DNA of 64,000 nucleotides from Octopus vulgaris (GCA_951406725.2 OX597817.1:170872001-170936000), one strand, 5' to 3'. Positions 12,158 through 26,342 are shown, numbered from the stretch's first letter. Program-made: numbers and translations. The notes: generated by a model from the letters alone, not told the origin.

Positions 12158-12471
12158 CCACACACACACATACACACTTGTGCACATGCACATACATGCA
12201 TGCACACACACACACACACTCATGTGCACAAGCATGCATACACTTGTGCACAAGCATGCATACACTTGTGCACGTATACATGCATGCACAGTTACACACT
12301 CATGTATACATACAGACACATGCACATGCTCACATGCAGATGCACACATACACACACATGCATGCATCCACACACATATGTGCATGCACACATGCACACA
12401 CATACATTCACACATTCATGCATGCATACACACACACACACACATACATACACACGCGCACACGCACACAC
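12158..12471. repeat. Degenerate (CA)n/(CATG) microsatellite
   Basis: Direct inspection. Confidence 0.9.
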
Positions 12472-12702
12472 TTTTTCTTGAATGTCAATAAAAAAAATTC
12501 TAAAGAACTACTAATTACCATACTTAGTCATTCCTCCAAGAAATTCAATAATAAACAATTGTCTTACAAAACAATCCTGCAAACCACTCAGCTTTTAAAA
12601 GCCTCATTCATTAGTGATTTAGTTAATTGATGAACCCTTAATTACTTTTTCAAAAAAAGTAGTCAAAAATATTCAATTAAAAGAAAACTTTGTAGTTAGG
12701 TG

Positions 12703-12863
12703 CTGGCATGGCTGTGTGGTAGGAAGCTTGCTTCCCAACCACATGGTTTCAGGTTCAGTTCCATTGTGTGGCACATTGGGCAAGTGTTTTCTGCTATAGC
12801 CTCGGGCTGACCAAAGCCATGTGAGTGGATTTGGTAGACAGAAACTAAAAGAAGACTGGTTAC

Positions 12864-12895
<32 letters not shown>

Positions 12896-13104
12896 TTGCG
12901 TCTGTGTTTGAACCCCAATCATCATTTGGTGTTGGTATGTTTATGTCACTGTAACTTAGTAGTTTGGCAAAAGAGACTGATAGAATAAGTACTAGGCTTA
13001 TAAAGAATAAGTCTTGGGGTAGATTTCTTCGAGTAAAATGCTTTAAGGTGGTGCTCCAGCATGGCCCCAATCAAATGACTGAAACAAGTAAAAGAATAAA
13101 AGAA
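12703..13104 (+). mobile_element. tRNA-derived SINE, family A
   Basis: Head, microsatellite and tail as in 7257-7640. Confidence 0.85.
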
Positions 13105-14034
13105 TATATCTATATATACTTTTGTTGAATTGGGGATATATTAGAAGGCTCTTGCCCAAGGTACCATGTGGTGGGATGGAACCTAAAACCACATGGTTGG
13201 AAAGCAAATTTCTTAACCACACAATGAAGAAAAGTGAGAGGAAAAGTTTTTGTTTCAGAAACTTTGGCATGAAGAGTTTAAAGTTGCATTTCAAGAGATG
13301 CACAGAAAATATTCCATTACTAAACCATTTCTTTTTCATTACTAAAACTTTTAAAATTTCATAGTACATCTGTTCTTCCAAATAAGAAAAGTTTATCACT
13401 TCTGGTCATTAGAATTAAACCATTTATTGAGAACCTTTTTGTTCTCAATACATTGCACAATAATGAGTTTTTATGTAGCAATGTTCTACATACATTTAAA
13501 TGTGGACAGTTGATACATTGTTAATAATATTTGATTGTGATGTGTGTTCCTTCAACTACTTTTAAAGCTCAAATACAGCTTAGATTTAACTGATGCAAAT
13601 AGTTATGAATGGTTATGAAGAATCTTTTAAATGACACTCATACAAGTTGCAGTCTTAGTTTCACATTCAAAGTATTTCTTACATCTGCAGTAAACATGGC
13701 TTCTTCATTTTGTGTTGACAATGTAAGTACATCCTTTAATCAAAAGTTTTGTACTGCTCTTGTTACCAGTTACAAATACCATTTAAAAAAACGGAAAAGT
13801 TTGGATAATATATTTAGCAGTACCAGAACTGTCTAAGTGAAAGTCTAAATTATATTTATACAATTGTAGAATAGCAAAACAGTGGAATATATCTTGAGTT
13901 GTGAAGAAGATGAGAGATCTAATGATTTGTCCTTCTTTGTGAAGTGGAGAAAAATACAACGATCAGTCACTTAGGATGTGAGAATCTGAAATGAGAAAAT
14001 GAAACTTAGGGGAATAACATTGAAGGGTAGATAT

Positions 14035-14640
14035 AAACTTAGACAAACTTAGATATGTTTCGACCAAAGATTGGTCCAGGCCATGTCTAACTTAATAGCA
14101 CCACCTGATAGGATTATTCGAATCCTGTTTAAGTCAAGTTTTGTTTAAGTCAAGTTTTGTTCAAGTAGTGAGTTCTTGTTGGGTGAGTTGTATCAAGTTT
14201 TGTTCAAGTAGTGAGTTCTTGTTGGGTGAGTTGTATCCAATTATGGGTGGCTTATCTGGTATTCTTTGAAGGAATCTATCCAGACTCCGTTTAAAGTTGA
14301 TGGGATCCTTTTCCTCTTTGATCTCCCTCGGGACAATGTTAAATAGGGCAGGGCCTGTTGGGGAAAAGAAATTATGTTGCAGTGTACATGTATGCTGTGA
14401 TCTTGAATTGGGCAGGGGACGTATGGCCCATGGTCCCAGTCTTGGATGAACTTTGAAGCTAATGTTCAGGTCGTTTGGGCAAAGTTGGCGGTATATTCTC
14501 CACATCGTACAAATAATGTACCACTCATGGCGACGCTGGAGGGAGTAAAGTTTTAAGGCTTTAAGGTGATCCCAATAATCAAGAGCAGCCATGCCTTCAA
14601 TTCGTTTAGTGAGTGCCCTCTGGGGTGACTCAATTCTGGA
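14035..14640 (-). mobile_element. CR1/L2-group LINE 3' fragment
   Basis: Q R.LTK.I.GM..L.YW..LK.LKLYSLQRR, GP.LFN..P, FK..LD.FL..IPD.P motifs; short repeated tail. Confidence 0.85.
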
Positions 14641-14763
14641 GTGAAGAATATTGTAAAAGGTTGTTATTTCCACTCTAGCTAGTTTTTATGGCGATTCGTA
14701 TTGGTTTCAAATCATGGCACAGGGCCATCAAGTTCAAATGAAGGAATAAGTTGATAACAATGA

Positions 14764-14995
14764 GCGGGGCTGTGAGCTGGCAGAAACGTTAGCACACTGG
14801 GCGAAATGCTTAGCGGTATTTCCTCTGCTGCTATGTTCTGAGTTCAAATTCCGCTGAGGTTGACTTTGCCTTTCATCCTTTTGGGGTCAATAAATTAAGT
14901 ACCAGTTACGCACTGGGGTCGATGTACTCGACTTAATCCCTTTGTCTGTCCTTGTTTGTCCCCTCTATGTTTAGCCTCTTGTGGGTAATAAATAA
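14764..14995 (+). mobile_element. SINE family B
   Basis: Similar to 2695-2925. Confidence 0.85.
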
Positions 14996-15009
14996 ATACA
15001 GAACAATGA

Positions 15010-15178
15010 CCGAGGCTGGCCTTAGGGCTGCTGGCACCCCAGGCAAGTTGAATTTTGGCATGTACAAGCTGACAGTCATGGAAATTTCGTTGTCTTTGTC
15101 ACATCCTCCTTGGTACCCCCTAGTACATGGCACCCCAGGCAAACTGCCCAAGTTGCCGGTACCTTGAGCCTGCCCTGA
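15010..15178. mobile_element. Short hAT-like MITE
   Basis: Imperfect TIRs GAGGCTGGCCTTAGG / CCTTGAGCCTGCCCTG; GC-rich subterminal GGCACCCCAGGCAA repeats. Confidence 0.45.
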
Positions 15179-15463
15179 CAATAACCCCAGTGATCAATTG
15201 GTATTTATTTTATTCACCTTGAAAAGATGAAAGGTAAAGTTGACCAGTGGAATTTCAACTCAAAACATAAAGATGGGCAAAGTACCACTAAGCATTTTAC
15301 CCTGTGTGGTAATAATTCTGCCACATCACTGCCTTACTGCAGCATTTCATATTAACAGGCTGGTTGTTCAATCCACAAAATACAAACTTTATCATGCACT
15401 TATGAGCTTTATTGTTTGCTCTCCTGCAAGATATATACACTGTATATAACAAACACAACTGCT

Positions 15464-15527
15464 TACAGTGGTAGAATGCTCGTCTGCCATGTGGGCAGCC
15501 CGGGTTCGACTCCCAGCTGATGCACCA
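15464..15527 (+). tRNA. 5'-truncated tRNA-Gly(GCC) pseudogene ending in CCA
   Basis: CAGTGGTAGAATGCTCGTCT-GCC-ATGTGGGCAGCCCGGGTTCGACTCCCAGCTGATGCA-CCA; 5' acceptor strand missing. Confidence 0.8.
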
Positions 15528-15537
15528 TACCTTTTTA

Positions 15538-15770
15538 AGGTGGTAAGCTAGCAGAAACGTTAGCACCCCGATCAGAATGCTTAGCAGTATTTCGTCTGCC
15601 GTTACATTCTGAGTTCAAATTCCGCTGAGGTTGACTTTGCCTTTCATCCTTTCGGGGTCAATTAAATAAGTACCAGTTACATACTGGGGTCGATGTAATC
15701 GACTTAATCCCTTAGTCTGTCCTTGTTTGTCCTCTCTTTGTTTAGCCCTCTATGGGCAATAAAGAAATGA
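15538..15770 (+). mobile_element. SINE family B
   Basis: Similar to other B copies; begins ~10 bp after the tRNA-Gly CCA. Confidence 0.85.
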
Positions 15771-16139
15771 AAAAATTCCTACATCAAACTCACTAATTCT
15801 CCTCACCATAACTTTTTATCAACCCACACCCTACAAACACACTCTTTCTCCCCATCCTCTTCTCCCTCCATTCTATATAATTATTCATGCAGGCTATCTA
15901 TACCACATATAATTATCATTTCCCACAGCTCCACTCCCACCCCCACCATATAACTTGCCAAACATTATATAAAGCCATAACGAAAAGAAACTTCAAATAA
16001 AACACAATCTGACATATGTAAGCAAATGAAAATTTTGAAGTCACTGTCAACATTTTGTGACAATATGATTAATATGTACTCTACGAAAAGTATTCAGTAA
16101 TCATTCGATTTAAAGTTAAATTACTTTTATACATAACTT

Positions 16140-16570
16140 GGTATGTGTGTGTGTATGTGTGTGTATCTATATGTATAAATGTTTATACAACCTATACATA
16201 TATACGTACATATATATACATACATATATATATATATATACACACACACATATACATATGCATACGTATATATATTATGTGTGTGTGTGTGTCTATATGC
16301 ATAAATGTATATACATATACATATATACATATATATATACATTTATATATTTATATATATATATATACACACACACATATATATATATATATATACACAC
16401 ACATGCATACATACATATACATATATACTTAAATATATATACATATACACAGACACACACACATGCATGCATATATACACGCATATATACATATGTAAAA
16501 TCTATATATAATATGTATATATATAAGGACACACACACACACACACACGCATACAGACAGACACACATTA
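16140..16570. repeat. (TA)/(CA)/(TG) compound microsatellite
   Basis: Direct inspection. Confidence 0.9.
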
Positions 16571-16910
16571 CAGACACATGCAAGTTTATTATTGGAGGGT
16601 TGCCAAACACTAATATAGCTGGTCTTGTAAAGATGAAAAAAATTATATTAATATTATTTGACATTTTGACTTCTGGTATTTTGTCATGTCAGCATTTTGT
16701 CTCGTCAGCATTATGACTGTCAGCATTTTGACATTTGGCATTTTATCCAAGTACAACCACTATCAGCACCACTATCATCATTATGCAGGAGCAATTATAG
16801 GTTGCTAGTCTGCTAAAAATAGCAGTCAAAATTATTCAGACCACATTGTACAGTCTTAAAAAGGAAAAAAAAACACAAAAACAAGAAGGACAAATGTAGT
16901 TCTCAATATA

Positions 16911-17476
16911 TTGGGTTGTCCGGAAAGTTCGTGCCGATTTATAGTAGCTTACCTTTCGACTTATTTTAGAACATGGTTGAGTCCATAAAATAGGATTTGA
17001 CAACACCTCCATTTAGAGCACAGTTTAAGCTATCTTTTCGTGGAAGAAGGTTTATGTTCCTATAACATGTGTTAATTCCGTAACCCTTTAAAATGGAAGA
17101 TAAGAAAGTTCATTTCCGGCATTTGATGCTTTGGAAACCAGACAAAAATTGCTCCAGCTCGGCTGGGATGTGCTACCCCACCCTCCATATTCACTAGATA
17201 TTGCTCCTTTGGATTTCCACTTGTTCAGGTCTCTGCAGAAGAGTCTTAATGGTAAAAATTTCAAATCCTTGGATGACGTAAAAAGATACCTTGATGAATT
17301 CTTTGCCATGAAACCACCTCAATTCTGGGAAGAGGGTATTTTCAAGTTAAAGGAAAGATGAAGACGCATTGTGCAACAAAATGGTTCATATTTGGTTGAT
17401 TAAAAATGTAATGGCAAGTATTTATTGACCTTTTTCTTTCCTTTAAAAATCGGCACAAACTTTCCGGACACCCCAA
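16911..17476 (+). mobile_element. Internally deleted mariner transposon
   Basis: ~30-bp TIRs TTGGGTTGTCCGGAAAGTTCGTGCCGATTT / AAATCGGCACAAACTTTCCGGACACCCCAA, TA TSD; LPHPPYSLDIAPLDFHLFRSLQ C-terminus fused almost directly to the ATG. Confidence 0.92.
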
Positions 17477-17546
17477 TACAATGGACGGCATGGTCAAGGT
17501 TGGAATGTTTTGGTCATAGATTTGCTTGAAGAGGGTTGATTTGAGG

Positions 17547-17773
17547 TTAACCCTTTAGCATTTAAACCAGCCATATCCAGCTCAGATATTCAACCTGTTT
17601 TATGTTCAAACTGGCCAGATCCAGCCTCTCACACCTACCCTATAATGTCATTGTAAAAATAAACAATCACGTCATCAAAATTTCAAAGCTATGAAATATA
17701 TTTGATTAATTCAAGACAATGTGAATAAATAAGCATTAACTTTGACAGAGAAATCTGAATATCAAAAGGTTTA
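17547..17773. mobile_element. TTAA-flanked (piggyBac-like) MITE, second family
   Basis: TTAA-CCCTTTAGCATT ... AATATCAAAAGG-TTTA. Confidence 0.55.
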
Positions 17774-17889
17774 CCATCAGTACTACCACCACCCGCATTG
17801 CTGCCCACTACAAAAACTATCATCACTACTACAATCACTTCACCACCACTACTGCACCAGATATATATATTTATATATATATATTTATC

Positions 17890-18318
17890 AAAATCAAAAT
17901 CGAAATCGATCAACATCAATGGAAATTGTAGCTGTGATACCAGTGCCAGTGGCACATAAGATAACCATCTGAATGTGGCCGTTGCCAGCGCCACCCCGAC
18001 TGGCCTTCGTGCCGGTGGCACGTAAAAAGCACCATCCGACCGTGGCCATTGCCAGCTTCGCCTGGCCTCCGTGCCGGTGGCACGTAAAAAGCACCATCCA
18101 ATCATGGCTGTTTGCCAGCCTTGTCTGGCACCTGTGCCAGTGGCACGTAAAAAGCACCCACTACACTCATGGAGTGGTTGGTGTTAGGAAGGGCATCCAG
18201 CCGTAGAAACATTGCCAGATCAAACTGGGCCTGGTGCAGCCTTCTGGCTTCCCAGACCCCAGTTGAACCATCCAACCCATGCAAGCATGAAAAGCGGACG
18301 CTAAACGATGATGATGAT
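17890..18318 (+). mobile_element. Repeat family D
   Basis: Internal tandem GTGCCGGTGGCACGTAAAAAGCACC units, (GAT)n tail. Confidence 0.8.
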
Positions 18319-18859
18319 ATATATATATATATGCATGTATGTATATCAGTATATATATATGTTAATGTATGTATGTATATATAGATATTCAAAGTTTATG
18401 ATTACTTCTGTCACTACTCAGAGTTTCACACTATATAACAACGAGGGAGATTATTGATTTATTATTTTCAAGCCTGAAGGATCAACATAACCAGAAAAAT
18501 CTGCTGAGTAGCGAACGACTCAGTGAATTATCACCTTCAAATAGATAAGCTCTGTTTAATGATTTCAGTACTTTTTTCTCTTATTAACTTACTGAAGCAC
18601 ATATAGATGTGTGTGCAACCTTGTGCACATATGTGTGTGTTTGTAAGTGCAATCTTGCGAATGTGTGTATGGGTATAAATATGAATACAGATAAACATCT
18701 AGATATACTGGAAGTAACATTATCTCTATGTGCAGATATCCGAATAAATATCCATCTGGGTATTTTAATTAGTTCTGACTCAAGATATAGAGTGCTATCA
18801 CATTAACTTTCATATTCCAATGAGATATAACCATGTATGTATTGCGTAACTTAATAATG

Positions 18860-18869
18860 TATAAATATA

Positions 18870-18926
<57 letters not shown>

Positions 18927-19052
18927 GTTATGTGTGTGTATATATGTGTGTGTGTGTGTCTATATATATATATATATATACACATACACACACACATGTA
19001 TAAATATACATACATACATATATATGTATATATCCATACACGCACACATGTA

Positions 19053-19101
<49 letters not shown>

Positions 19102-19300
19102 TATATATTATATATATGAGTGAGTACACATACTCAAATATATATATATAAATATACACACACACATATATGTACTTATATATACACACACATATACATG
19201 TGTGTATACATATATACATGTATGATATATAAGCATTATGTATGTATAAGCATACATATATTATGTATGGCTATTTATATTTACATTTTTATACATATGT
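18860..19300. repeat. (TA)-rich compound microsatellite
   Basis: Direct inspection. Confidence 0.9.
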
Positions 19301-19691
19301 GTACACTCATCTATTTGCCAATATAGTGGCCAGCACTCCAACTCCCCAACTGATAATTCCCACTATGTACCGTTGCCATGGTTACACAACTATTGGTAGA
19401 AAAAAAAATGGAAAAAATATAAGATATGAGAATTGATTTCGCTAAAAGTTATAACATCAAATATTTCAGATGAAAGCTGAATTACTGTTTTAGTGCAATT
19501 GTATGAATGCTATAAATTTGGTGCTGCTGCTTTGATAGGTGCAATTAAAGTGCATTTGTGTGATAAATGTAACTTTAGTGCTTCTATGATAGGTGCAACT
19601 ATGATGCATCTGTGCAATAAATTTAACTCTAGTATTGTTAGATTTGGTGCATTTTTTGATAAATTTAATTTTAGTGCTGCTGTGATAGATG

Positions 19692-19997
19692 CATGGAGGC
19701 ACAATGGCCCAGTGGTTAGGGCAACAGACTCGCGGTCGGAGGATTGTGGTTTCAATTCCCAGACCAGGCGTTGTGTGTGTTTATTGAGCGAAAACACCTA
19801 AAAAGCTCCATGAGGCTCCAGCAGGGGGTGGTGGCGACCCCTGTTGTACTCTTTTGCCACAACTTCCTCTCACTCTCTCTTCCTGTTTCTTGAGTAATGC
19901 TGCGATGGACTGGCATCCCGTCCAGCTGGGGGGAACACATACGCCACAGAAACAGGGAAACTGGGCCCATGATCCTGGCTAGGCTTGAAAAGGGCAA
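19692..19997 (+). mobile_element. tRNA-derived SINE related to family C
   Basis: TGGCCCAGTGGTTAGGGCAACAGACTCGCGGTCG...GTTTCAATTCCC head. Confidence 0.8.
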
Positions 19998-20214
19998 CGT
20001 TTATTGTTTTAAAATAGATGCAATTGTAGTGCATCTTTGCAATAAATTCAATTTTTAGTACTGCTAGGATAGGAGTAACTATGGTACATTGGTGTGAGAA
20101 ATTTAACTTTGGTACTGTGTAGCAAGCATGTTCACTCTTTACCTTTAGGTACCCATATTTTGGCTCATCATATGATGGTCGAGTCCATCTAGTTTTACAC
20201 GGGCTGTCCACCCC

Positions 20215-20555
20215 TTAGCGACGGACTTGGTAAACACCCACAAAGTTATCAACCACCTCACCAACAACAACACTGAACACCTTTTTGATCTCCATGTGTC
20301 TAACACACGTGGACATGCCTACAAAGTCAGAAAACAACACAGCTCCCATGACTTTCGGAAACATTTTTTCACGCTCAGAGTTGCTGAAGCATGGAATAAA
20401 CTGCCTGCGTCAGTTGTTGACTGCCATGACACTGCATCCTTTAAGGCCCTCATGCTTTCCGAAATCCGCCGAAACTACACCTGATTATATATACACTTTA
20501 GATGAGTTGTAGTGCACCTGAGCACTGTACACAATTATTATTATTATTATTATTA

Positions 20556-20594
<39 letters not shown>

Positions 20595-20595
20595 G
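20215..20595 (+). mobile_element. CR1-group LINE 3' end
   Basis: TRGHAYK, RKHFFTLRVAEAWNKLP motifs; 3' UTR GTTGTAGTGCACCTGAGCACTGTA then (ATT)n; same tail at ~1650-1690. Confidence 0.88.
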
Positions 20596-21163
20596 CTGTG
20601 CATACCTTCCTTCTTGTGACACTTATGAAGACCTGTTGAGGCAAGTGAAAATCAAATCAAATCAAAACAAATCAAAATAGATGAACATCAGTGGAATTGT
20701 ATTCTTTGTGGTACCAGTGCCGGTGGCACACAAGAAAACCACCCAAACGTGGCCGTAGCCAGTACCGCATAGACTGGCCTCCGTGCTTTGGGGACGTAAC
20801 AAACACCATCCGATCGTGGCCGTCCGCCAGCCTCATCTGGCACCTGTGTCGGTGGCACATAAAAACACCATCCGAGCGTGGCCGTCTGCCAGCCTCGTCT
20901 GGCACCTGTGTCGGTGGCACATAAAAACACCATCCGAGCGTGGCCGTTCGCCAGCCTCGTCTGGCACCTGTGTCGGTGGCACATAAAATCACCCACTACA
21001 CTCTCGGAGTGGTTGGCGTTAGGAAGGGCATCCAGCTGTAGAAACACTGCCAGATCTGACTGGCCTGGTGCAGCCTTCGGGCTCCCCAGACCCCAGTTGA
21101 ACCGTCCAACCCATGCTAGCATGGAAAACGGACGCTAAATGATGATGATGATGATGATGATGA
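20595..21163 (+). mobile_element. Repeat family D, near full length
   Basis: Three 61-bp internal tandem units and (TGA)n tail. Confidence 0.8.
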
Positions 21164-21397
21164 TTAGTCAAGCGCACCAACATCACTATTTAGGAGAAGC
21201 ACTTCGCACTAATTCCTGAGTGTGGTGGACTATCACGAGCAAGTTTGGACAGTCAGCATGGGAGCAGTTTTATTCAGTTTTACATCTTCAGTTAGGAGAG
21301 AATTGTCAGGAGATTTTCTGGTCATCATGCTTTGTGTTTTTACCATGCACCTCAACATGAACAAGAAGTACAGTGAATCTGTGTATTTTAACAAACA

Positions 21398-21985
21398 GAA
21401 GTGGCTGTGTGGTAAGTAGCTTGCTAACCAACCACATGGTTCCAGGTTCAGTCCCACTGCGTGGCATTTTGGGCAAGTGTCTTCTGCTATAGCCCCGGGC
21501 CGACCAATGCCTTGTGAGTGGATTTAGTAGATAGAAACTGAAAGAAGCCTGTCGTATATATGTATATATATATATATATATATAGGCGTAGGAGTGGCTG
21601 TGTGGTAAGTAGCTTGCTAACCAACCACATGGTTCCAGGTTCAGTCCCACTGCGTGGCATTTTGGGCAAGTGTCTTCTGCTATAGCCCCGGGCCGACCAA
21701 TGCCTTGTGAGTGGATTTAGTAGATAGAAACTGAAAGAAGCCTGTCGTATATATGTATATATATATATATATGTGTATGTGTGTGTGTTTGTGTGCCTGT
21801 GTTTGTCCCCCCAACATCGCTTGACAACCGATGCTGGTGTGTTTATGTCCCCGTCACTTAGCGGTTCGGCAAAAGAAGTACTGGGCTTACAAAGAATAAG
21901 TCCCGGGGTCGATTTGCTTGACCAAAGGCGGTGCTCCAGCATGGCCGCAGTCAAATGACTGAAACAAGTAAAAGAGTAAAGAGCA
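21398..21985 (+). mobile_element. SINE family A with tandem-duplicated head
   Basis: 21400-21565 apparently identical to 21593-21758. Confidence 0.85.
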
Positions 21986-22121
21986 AAAGAGAAGTATCCA
22001 TGTGTACCAGTTGCAGTATTTTCTTTTAGCAGCGAAATAAATGTGGCAGTCAACTTTAACTTGTCTTTGTATTTCTTGCAGTTCTTTATCCTGCTGTCTC
22101 TTATTAAACCCAAAGATATAT

Positions 22122-22352
22122 ATTTCTTTACTACCCACAAGGGGCTAAACACAGAGGGAACAAACAAGGACAGACAAATGGATTAAGTCGATTATATCGA
22201 CCCCAGTGCGTAACTGGTACTTAATTTATTGACCCCCGAAAGGATGAAAGGTAAAGTCGACCTCAGCGGAATTTGAACTCAGAACGTAACGGCAGACGAA
22301 ATACGACTACGCATTTCACCCGGCGTGCTAACGTTTCTGCCAGCTCGCTACC
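22122..22352 (-). mobile_element. SINE family B
   Basis: Reverse complement of the B consensus. Confidence 0.85.
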
Positions 22353-22879
22353 TTTTTAAACCGAAAGACATAATATTACCAAAGTCTTGGCTACATGCAC
22401 TCTTTGTCACTGCACTAAAACTGCTTTGATAGGTGCATCTGTGCAGTAAATGTAATCATAGCGATATTATGAGCAGTGCAGATGTGTGATAAATGTATCT
22501 TCGATGCTATGGTCTGGTAAACACAAATTACTGTATATGAAAGATAGATGGAAATTTAATGTGGATGTGTGAGAAATACAACTTAAGTTGTGATCAACTT
22601 CTTAGATAAAAATAACACAAGTATTGGACAATTTAACTGTGGACCATGAGTTTGTATAACACTATAGATATTTCATAGGTGTTTAGCCCCAAGTCAACCC
22701 TGATCCAGCAGACTTATTATAAAAATTGTTCCAAACAGTAACATTCTGCCCTTTATTATACTTAATAAACTGACCCCTGTCAGTTATAACAACAAGGGTT
22801 CCGGCGCATCAAATCAACACAACAGCCTGCTCCCTTTGAAAGCTTAAAAGTTATTTTATAGTTTATTATTGTTTATCTC

Positions 22880-23085
22880 TTTCTCTTTTACTTGTTTCAG
22901 TCATTTGACCGCGGCCATACTGGAGCACCACCTTTAGTCGAGCAAATCGACCCCAGGACTTATTCTTTGGAAGCCTAGTACTTATTCTATCAGTCTCTTT
23001 TGCCGAATCGCTAAGTTACGCGGATGTAAACACACCAGCATCGGTTGTTAAGCGATGCTGGGGGGATACAGACACACAAACATAT

Positions 23086-23118
<33 letters not shown>

Positions 23119-23294
23119 CATACATATATACGACAGGCTTCTTTCAGTTTCCGTCTACCAAATCCACTCATAAGGCTTTGGTCAGCCCAAGGCTGTAGTA
23201 GAAGACTCTTGCCCAAGGTGCCACGCAGTGGAACTGAACCCATAACCATGTGGCTGGTAAGCAAGCTACTTACCACACAGTCACTCGTGTGCCT
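22880..23294 (-). mobile_element. SINE family A
   Basis: Reverse complement of the A consensus. Confidence 0.88.
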
Positions 23295-23479
23295 ATAGTT
23301 TGAATTACATACATAAGGGGCCACCAAAATCTTTTAAGTGCTTTGATAGGGCCTCTATGGGTCTTAATCCTGTAAGTGCTTAGATAGGGCCTCTATGGGT
23401 CTTGATCCAGCTCTGACCTTACCTATCCAGTGAAGGTGACAGATGATGATGCCATGAAAGCATAAAATTTACTGGACCA

Positions 23480-23948
23480 ATTCCCAAGTGGACAGACACG
23501 AATCCTCATAGATAAGTTTGTTCAATCAATTCTCTTTGAACTGAACAGGTTGGCTAGAATGCAGAGATTCTATGGGGTCAATTTTCCCCTCCTTGAAATG
23601 TAGAAAACCAATTCTGTACAGTTTTTTTGTTTTTTTTCAGTAATAGTACCTTCTCTGTACGCATATCTTGAGCAGTTTCGGCAGCTTTGGAACCTTGACT
23701 GAAAGCAAAGAGAAGCAGGTGTTGAAAATGCTGTTTTTCTTCTTTTTTTTCTACTTGGCACTCCATCACTGTATGTCTGAAAAGAGTTAAAGTTTATTCA
23801 AATTTCAGAGAAAAGTAAACAAAGGTTGTAGAGAAAGAATAGAGTTACAAAAAACAAAGCCATAAAAAACACAATATTGTAAAGATATTTTTCACATTAA
23901 TTTAAAATACGTGGGAAAGAAACAAATGAATTCATCTGACAACCTAAT
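23480..23948 (-). mobile_element. Mariner 5' fragment
   Basis: MECQVEK..HFQHLLLFAF.QGSKAAETA.D HTH-like N-terminus; TIR TTAGGTTGTCAGATGAA next to TA. Confidence 0.75.
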
Positions 23949-23966
23949 ATGTATGCATGTGATTAT

Positions 23967-25940
23967 ACCTACCTACCTACCTACCTACATACATACATGC
24001 ATGCATACATACATACATACATACATACATACATACATACATACATACATACATACATACATACATACATACATACATACATACACACATACATGCATGC
24101 ATACATACATGCATACATACATACATACATACATACATACACACATACATGCATGCATACATACATACATACATACATACATACATGCATACATACATAC
24201 ATACATACATACATACATACATACATACATACATACATGCATGCATACATACATACATACATACATACATACACACACACATACATACATACATACATAC
24301 ATACATACATACATACATACATACATACATACATACATACATGCATACATACACACATACATGCATGCATACATACATACATGCATACATACATACATAC
24401 ATACACACATACATGCATGCATACATACATACATGCATACATACATACATACATACATACATACACACATACATACATACATACATACATACATACATAC
24501 ATACATACATACATACATACATACATACATACATACATACATACATACATACATACATACATACATACATACATACATACACACATACATACATACATAC
24601 ATACATACATACATACATACATACATACATACATACATACATACATACATACATACACATACATGCATGCATACATACATACATACATACACACACACAT
24701 ACATACATACATACATACATACATACATACATACATACATACATACATACATACATACATACATACATACATACATACATACATACATACACACACATGC
24801 ATGCATACATACATACATGCATACATACATACATACATACACACATACATGCATGCATACATACATACATGCATACATACATACATACATACATACATAC
24901 ATACATACACACATACATACATACATACATACATACATACATGCATACATACATACATACATACATACATACATACATACATACATACATACATACATAC
25001 ATACATACATACATACATACATACATACATACATACATACACACATACATACATACATACATACATACATACATACATACACACATACATACATACATAC
25101 ATACATACATACATGCATACATACATACATACACACATACATGCATACATACATACATACATACATACATACATACATACATACATACATACATACATAC
25201 ATACACACATACATACATACATACATACATACATACATACATACATACATACATACATACATACATACATACATACATACATACATACATACATACATAC
25301 ATACATACATACATACATACATACATACATACATACATACATACATACATGCATACATACATACATACATACATACATACATACATACATACATACATAC
25401 ATACATACATGCATACATACATACACACATACATACATACATACATACATACATACATACATACATACATACATACATACATACATACATACATACATAC
25501 ATACATACATGCATACATGCATACATACATACATACATACATACATACATACATACAAGCATGCATACATAAATACATACATAGATACATACATACATAC
25601 ATACATACATACATACACACACACATACATACACACATACACACATACACATACATACATACATACATACATAAATACATACATAGATACATGCATACAT
25701 ACATACATACATGCATACATACATACATACATACATAAATACATACATACATACATACATACATACATACACACACACATACATACACACATACACACAT
25801 ACACATACATACATACATACATACATAAATACATACATAGATACATACATACATACATACATACATACATACATGCATACATACATACATACATACATAC
25901 ATACATACATACATACATGCATATATACATACACACATAT
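23967..25940. repeat. ~2-kb (CATA)n tetranucleotide array
   Basis: Direct inspection; explains the 529-757 aa ORFs in the track. Confidence 0.98.
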
Positions 25941-25972
25941 ACATATATATATATATATATCATCATCATCAT

Positions 25973-26030
<58 letters not shown>

Positions 26031-26067
26031 CATCATTATTTAATGTCTGCCTTCCATGCCAGCAAGG

Positions 26068-26104
<37 letters not shown>

Positions 26105-26163
26105 TCATCATCATCATATATATATATATGATATATATATATATATATATATCTCATCATCAT

Positions 26164-26207
<44 letters not shown>

Positions 26208-26281
26208 TATATATATATATGATGATGATGATGATATATATATATATATATATATCATCATCATCATCATATATATATATA

Positions 26282-26319
<38 letters not shown>

Positions 26320-26342
26320 TCATCATCATATATATATATATT
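25941..26342. repeat. (TA)n/(CAT)n compound microsatellite
   Basis: Direct inspection. Confidence 0.9.

Noticed and set aside
14045-14090. Hairpin GACCA/UGGUC followed by GAAACAUAUC in the LINE 3' UTR
   Set aside because: No catalytic core upstream; more likely an ordinary LINE 3' stem-loop.
18400-18435. GAAACUCUGAGUA (HHR 3' half) on the minus strand
   Set aside because: No upstream CUGANGA core or stem II found; at most a truncated relic.
20800-20990. Regular ~61-bp repeats superficially like a CRISPR array
   Set aside because: Whole units repeat with no unique spacers; part of repeat family D; eukaryotic context, no cas genes.
23911-26222. ORFs of 529-757 aa on both strands
   Set aside because: Translations of the (CATA)n array, which lacks stop codons.
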